Source of the DNA: an uncultured Candidatus Saccharibacteria bacterium
GTDB lineage: Bacteria > Patescibacteriota > Minisyncoccia > Phycocordibacterales > Phycocordibacteraceae
NCBI GenBank assembly: GCA_964398865.1
Contig: CAYNOO010000004.1
Location: forward strand, 1 to 62,469
Reading direction: 5' to 3'
Length of the DNA: 62,469 nucleotides
The stretch's first letter is position 1. The number at the start of each line of letters is the position of its first letter. Of this stretch, positions 58,586-62,469 are shown piece by piece. The position numbers were made by a program, and so were the translations under genes. The notes beneath the pieces were generated by a model. It saw nothing but the letters and a program-made list of their open reading frames with translations. It had not been told where the DNA came from and made no database searches.

Positions 58586-60505
58586 TTAGTAAAGAATGCG
58601 GAGTCTGATAGTCTCAGACATCTTTTTGAGTGTCTCTACGATACCTGGTTTATATTTGTCTTCAACGTCGGTGATAACATAGCCCACGTCATTCATCGTG
58701 CCGAGATACTGACCGAGAATATTAACGCCCTCCTGACCCATGAGCGTGTTGATTTTCGCTAACACGCCAGGCACATTTTTATGTATATGAATGAGACGGT
58801 GTGCGTGATTCAAAACTGGTAATTGTAAATTAGGCAGGTTGACTGAAAGCATTGTGCCGCCGGTGTCGATGAATGAGGCGAGCTTATTAGAGAGAAAGCG
58901 AGCAATACTTTCCTGCGCTTCTTCGGTAGAACCACCAACGTGTGGTGTAAGGATGACGTTAGATAATCCTTGCAGAGACGATACAAACTTCCCAGGGCTC
59001 TCTTTAGGCTCTTCCGGGAAGACATCGAGTGCCGCTCCTCCGAGGTGCCCGCTTTTAAGCGCCTCTGCGAGAGCAGATACGTCCACGACCGCTCCCCTGC
59101 TGATATTGAGGAAAAGCGCTCCTGGTTTCATTAGACTGAACTGCTCGCTTCCTATAAGCCCTTTGTTGAATGAGCGACCGTCTACATGAAGCGTAACAAT
59201 GTCGCTTTTCCTCAGAAGTTCTTCTAAAGACTCAACGCGCGTTGCGTTTCCGATGGCGGGTCGCTCAACAATATCGTAGAAACAAACGTTTAATCCCAAA
59301 CTTTCAGCAATCACCGAGAGCTGCGAGCCGATATTTCCATATCCTACAATACCCAAAGTCTTCCCACGTATCTCGTATGCCCCTTTTGCTGATTTGCCCC
59401 ATTGCCCTTCGTGAAGCGCGAGACTTTTATCAAAAACGCGCCTGGCAAGCATAATGATAAGACCGATAGTGAGCTCAACAACACTGCGACCATTACTGAA
59501 AGGAGCGTTGAACACCGCGACTCCCCGTTTGGTTGCAGCGTGCTGATCTATCTGGTTCGTACCGATGCAGAATGCACCTACAGTTAGAAGATTCGTTGCT
59601 TTCGCGAGAACCGCATCAGACACATGCGTGGAAGAACGGATACCTAAGATGGCGACGCCCTTTATTTTTTCTGCGAGCGCCGTCTCTGAAAGTGCCTTAG
59701 GGGAAGTCTCTACCTGGTAGCCTTGGGATCTAAAATATTCTGCAGCGAACGGATGAATATTCTCAAGTAACAGGATCTTAAGCCGACTTTTTGGGTACGA
59801 GACCGCGCGTGGCATATTCAAAGCAAACAAGAGTTCATCAAAATTAGCTATAGCGAGATCTGCCTTTTCAACTACCTGAGCGCGAGAAACATTTTCCGTG
59901 AAAGCAACAAACTTGTCAGCGACTCCAAGAATTCTAATTTCAAGATCAGTCGCACCATCTCCGATCGCAAGAACCTGACCTTTGAGCTTAAGATTTTTTA
60001 CTGCAAGCGCTTTCCCTTTATCTTTCGTCAATATACCGGGACTCACTCCCTGAATAACACCTTTCTTATTAAAACGAAGTTCGTTGGCGAGAACGTGGGA
60101 TGGAAAGATGCCGAACTCTTTCACTATGGGAACGATGCATTCTTTGAACCCGCCTGACACGATGTAGATGCAGTCGCGGTTCTTCTGGAAGAAATCGCGA
60201 TTCCGCACTACCGAGGGCGTTATTCGGCTTTTCAGATACTCAACCGTCTCTTGTACGTGAGAGCGATTAGGAGAAAACAAAGCAAGACGTTGTTTCAGTG
60301 AGTCCGAAAAAGGCAATTTCCCTTCCATTCCCTTGGAAGTAATAGCTTCTATCTTTTTCAAAATTGCCTCTTTGCGAGGATTATCTTTAAGAGCGAAAGC
60401 GGCAAGCACATCAATGGTCTCGTCACGAATGAACGTGCTATCAAAATCAATGATGAAAAATGTCTTGGGGATCTTAACTGTCTTCCGTTTCTGAATTTGT
60501 GCCAT
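58586..60505 (-). CDS. serA: Phosphoserine phosphatase (HAD) / D-3-phosphoglycerate dehydrogenase / ACT fusion
   Basis: N-terminal DFDST..E.ID, SGGF, K, GDG.TD (SerB); GIRS, CIG.NQ, GYGNIG, DVFP.EP, PHVGGST.EAQ, HKNVPG.L (SerA + ACT). Confidence 0.92.
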   Translation of the reverse strand: MAQIQKRKTVKIPKTFFIIDFDSTFIRDETIDVLAAFALKDNPRKEAILKKIEAITSKGMEGKLPFSDSLKQRLALFSPNRSHVQETVEYLKSRITPSVVRNRDFFQKNRDCIYIVSGGFKECIVPIVKEFGIFPSHVLANELRFNKKGVIQGVSPGILTKDKGKALAVKNLKLKGQVLAIGDGATDLEIRILGVADKFVAFTENVSRAQVVEKADLAIANFDELLFALNMPRAVSYPKSRLKILLLENIHPFAAEYFRSQGYQVETSPKALSETALAEKIKGVAILGIRSSTHVSDAVLAKATNLLTVGAFCIGTNQIDQHAATKRGVAVFNAPFSNGRSVVELTIGLIIMLARRVFDKSLALHEGQWGKSAKGAYEIRGKTLGIVGYGNIGSQLSVIAESLGLNVCFYDIVERPAIGNATRVESLEELLRKSDIVTLHVDGRSFNKGLIGSEQFSLMKPGALFLNISRGAVVDVSALAEALKSGHLGGAALDVFPEEPKESPGKFVSSLQGLSNVILTPHVGGSTEEAQESIARFLSNKLASFIDTGGTMLSVNLPNLQLPVLNHAHRLIHIHKNVPGVLAKINTLMGQEGVNILGQYLGTMNDVGYVITDVEDKYKPGIVETLKKMSETIRLRILY

Positions 60506-60545
60506 AGGTATAAAAATTCATTATAGCGGGAACGCCCAGCTATAC

Positions 60546-60570
60546 AAAAACCGGCATACGCCGGTTATTT
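60546..60570 (-). terminator. Hairpin/terminator ending the tRNA-Ile element
   Basis: aaaaaccggc-atac-gccggttattt. Confidence 0.6.
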
Positions 60571-60571
60571 T

Positions 60572-60731
60572 GTGCGAGTGGAAGGAATCTCTCCTTACAG
60601 GAGCTGTACACCTTTGCGGTTTTCTCACGCAAAAGCCGCTCGTAAACATCGCAAAGGACTCCGATTCCTTCACGTACGCCAAGCCGTTGGCGTACTCACT
60701 CGCATACAAAAAGCCGGTATGAACCGGCTTC
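60572..60731. repeat. tRNA-3'-associated structured element, Ile copy
   Basis: 18-bp direct repeat 60572-60589 = 60734-60751; inverted copy 60660-60671 + 60697-60704 split by 25-nt hairpin 60672-60696. Confidence 0.85.
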
Positions 60732-60806
60732 TGGTGCGAGTGGAAGGAATCGGACCTTCGACCTCTGTCTTATCAGGACAGCGTTCTACCACTGAACTAC
60801 ACTCGC
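60732..60806 (-). tRNA. tRNA-Ile(GAT), atypical T-loop
   Basis: GCGAGTG/CACTCGC, A73, CCA, CTGTC-CTGATAA-GACAG, T-loop TCCGATT. Confidence 0.93.
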
Positions 60807-60953
60807 GAGCGAGAAAGAAAGTATGTGCGAAGCACCGTTTCAGTGGAGCAGAGACAGAGGAAAGATCACTTTCATTCTGGCTCGCCGACACGGAAACGTA
60901 AGCGACAGCGTACTTTTTGCGAGCGACCCGAGTGAAAGCCCTGCTTACACTCG
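60807..60953 (-). repeat. tRNA-5'-end repeat unit upstream of tRNA-Ile
   Basis: Copy of tRNA nt 2-9 at 60946-60953, then AGCAGGGCTTT-CACTCG (acceptor 3' mimic). Confidence 0.7.
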
Positions 60954-61040
60954 TCCCTCTCTTCTTCCGCGTCCGCAGATACTAGCAAAAATAAGCCCTT
61001 AAAACAACGACATCAGAATATCGCCATTAAAAAATTACTT

Positions 61041-61298
61041 CTATGAACCTTTAGCGCCTCTAATACCTGGGACGAGCATGGGTCCCTCAACCGTCCCTGC
61101 AAAAATTCCCCCAACTTTCCTAGTAAAATCTTCCGTTTCCCTTGCCTCTGGAGTCAGAGCAAGTCGCCTCAAGAATTCACGCACAGAGGGCGGGGGTGTC
61201 GCATGTTCGCTTCCCTCCGTAGCACGCACCGCAGCTCGAATACCTTCCCGACCCGGATCCCGCTTGGAACGCTTGTTGAATTTTTCCCTCGCCATAAA
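61041..61298 (-). CDS. Hypothetical protein
   Basis: MAREKFNK...; TAGTAT 7 nt upstream of this ATG; no motif recognised. Confidence 0.35.
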   Translation of the reverse strand, partial: FMAREKFNKRSKRDPGREGIRAAVRATEGSEHATPPPSVREFLRRLALTPEARETEDFTRKVGGIFAGTVEGPMLVPGIRGAKGS

Positions 61299-61528
61299 AC
61301 GCATACTATGACTTCTCTTCGCGCATGTCAAAAAGCCACCTTTTTAAGGCAGCTTTTCTCAAACCAAAGCAGTAAACCAAGATTCCTCTCTTTCTTCTGT
61401 TCCGCATATCCCCGTTTCGACAATCGGGGTGCCGGATGCCATTTAGAGTTGTGCATCAATACTCTGTACTTAGACAATCGACCGGATTAGTTGAGACACA
61501 GAATGAATTCTGTGCAAAACATTTTCCG

Positions 61529-62469
61529 CATGGAATTGTTCCACGACCAGCTTCCGCTAGCCGTGCCTTGTTACAACTTACTCCCTGTTACCGAGCTTAC
61601 CGTAGACCGTGATAAACACGGGCGTCGGGTCCTCCCGGCTCCCTTGAGTTGATGGGCGGTGAGTACAAAATTCGAGAACGTATTCACCGTAGTATAGCTG
61701 ACCTACGATTACTAGCGATTCCAGCTTCAAGAGGTCGAGTTGCAGACCTCTATCCGTACTGAGGACGCGTTTTGGGATTTGCTCCACCTTACGGTATTGC
61801 TTCCTTTTGTCGCGCCCATTGTATCACGTGTGCAGCCCAGGGCATCAGAGGGACATGCTGATCTGGCGTCATCCCCTCCTTCCTCTCCCGTGAGGGAGCA
61901 GTCTCGTCTGACATATAAAACAGACAACGGGGGTTGCGTTCGTTTCCCCACTTAAGGGAACAGCTCAAGCCACGAACTGACGACGACCATGCATCACCTG
62001 CCATACACCCTCGAAGGCTCCCAACGTTTCTGCTGGGATGCAGTATGGTTTCAAGCCCTGGTAAGGTTCTTCGTTTACCGACGAATTAAGCCACATGATC
62101 CACCGCTTGTGCGAATTCCCGTCTATTCCTTTGAGTTTTAGTCTTGCGACCGTACTACCCAGGCGGTTCCCTTAACGCGTTAGCTACGCCACGAAGAGGG
62201 TCGATACTCCTCATAGCTAGGGAACATGGTTTAGGGCGTGGACTACAAGGGTATCTAATCCTTTTCGCTACCCACGCTTTCGTGCCTCAGTGTCAGGAAT
62301 GTCCCAGTATGCTGCCTTCGCATTTGGTGTTCCCCTAGATATCAACGGATTTCACCCCTACACCTAGAGTTCCACATACCTCTCACAGATTCAAGCATTG
62401 CCGTTTCGTATGCCGCCCCCGGGTTGAGCCCGGGTCTTTGACATACGACTAACAACGCCACCTACGCAC
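61529..62469 (-). rRNA. rrs: 16S rRNA, 3' ~940 nt (5' part outside the window)
   Basis: Conserved blocks GATTAGATACCC, AAACTCAAAGGAAT, AACGCAACCC, TGTAACAAGG; h45 GGAA loop; 3' end approximate. Confidence 0.98.

Noticed and set aside
61578-62338. Short ORFs within the 16S region
   Set aside because: They are incidental frames in rRNA.
61529-62469. Intron/IVS in the 16S gene (common in CPR)
   Set aside because: About 940 nt cover the region from about E. coli position 575 to the 3' end, so there is no room for an insertion in this part.

Overview
Chromosomal window from a small-genome Patescibacteria (CPR, Parcubacteria-like) bacterium. The assignment is inferred from the divergent 16S, the CPR-type MurD, GatCA and LigA, and the compact gene packing. 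Contents in order: (1) a ~16 kb minus-strand surface-glycan cluster (RmlC-like, NDP-hexose 2,3-dehydratase, SDR epimerases, FkbM and class I methyltransferases, GT47, four GT4, two YvcK paralogs, short nucleotide-sugar dehydrogenase); (2) secreted LTD/PKD/FN3/M23 proteins, a degenerate coupling-protein-like ATPase and an orphan hybrid histidine kinase; (3) a small accessory block 3' of tRNA-Gln; (4) guaB/purN/SAM-I riboswitch-metK/pyrG/ftsEX/prfB; (5) a tRNA cluster with an HNH gene; (6) gatCA, ligA, rsmI, murC, murD; (7) a complete Arg->putrescine->(homospermidine) cluster and a complete serine pathway; (8) tRNA-Ile and the 3' ~940 nt of a 16S gene lacking the canonical anti-Shine-Dalgarno. 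The strongest unexplained signals lie outside the ORF track. The first is a family of ~130-200 bp structured elements 3' of four different tRNAs. Each carries a direct and an inverted copy of its own tRNA's 3' end, and the inverted copy is split at the T-stem/acceptor junction by an invariant 25-nt ACG-stem-CT hairpin. The second is a repeat family 5' of three tRNAs that copies tRNA nt 1-9. The third is a pair of tandem six-cysteine peptide genes (36 and 38 aa) upstream of ligA. The fourth is a SAM-I riboswitch whose kink-turn appears replaced by an extra hairpin. All protein calls come from motif recognition by eye; no database searches were run.
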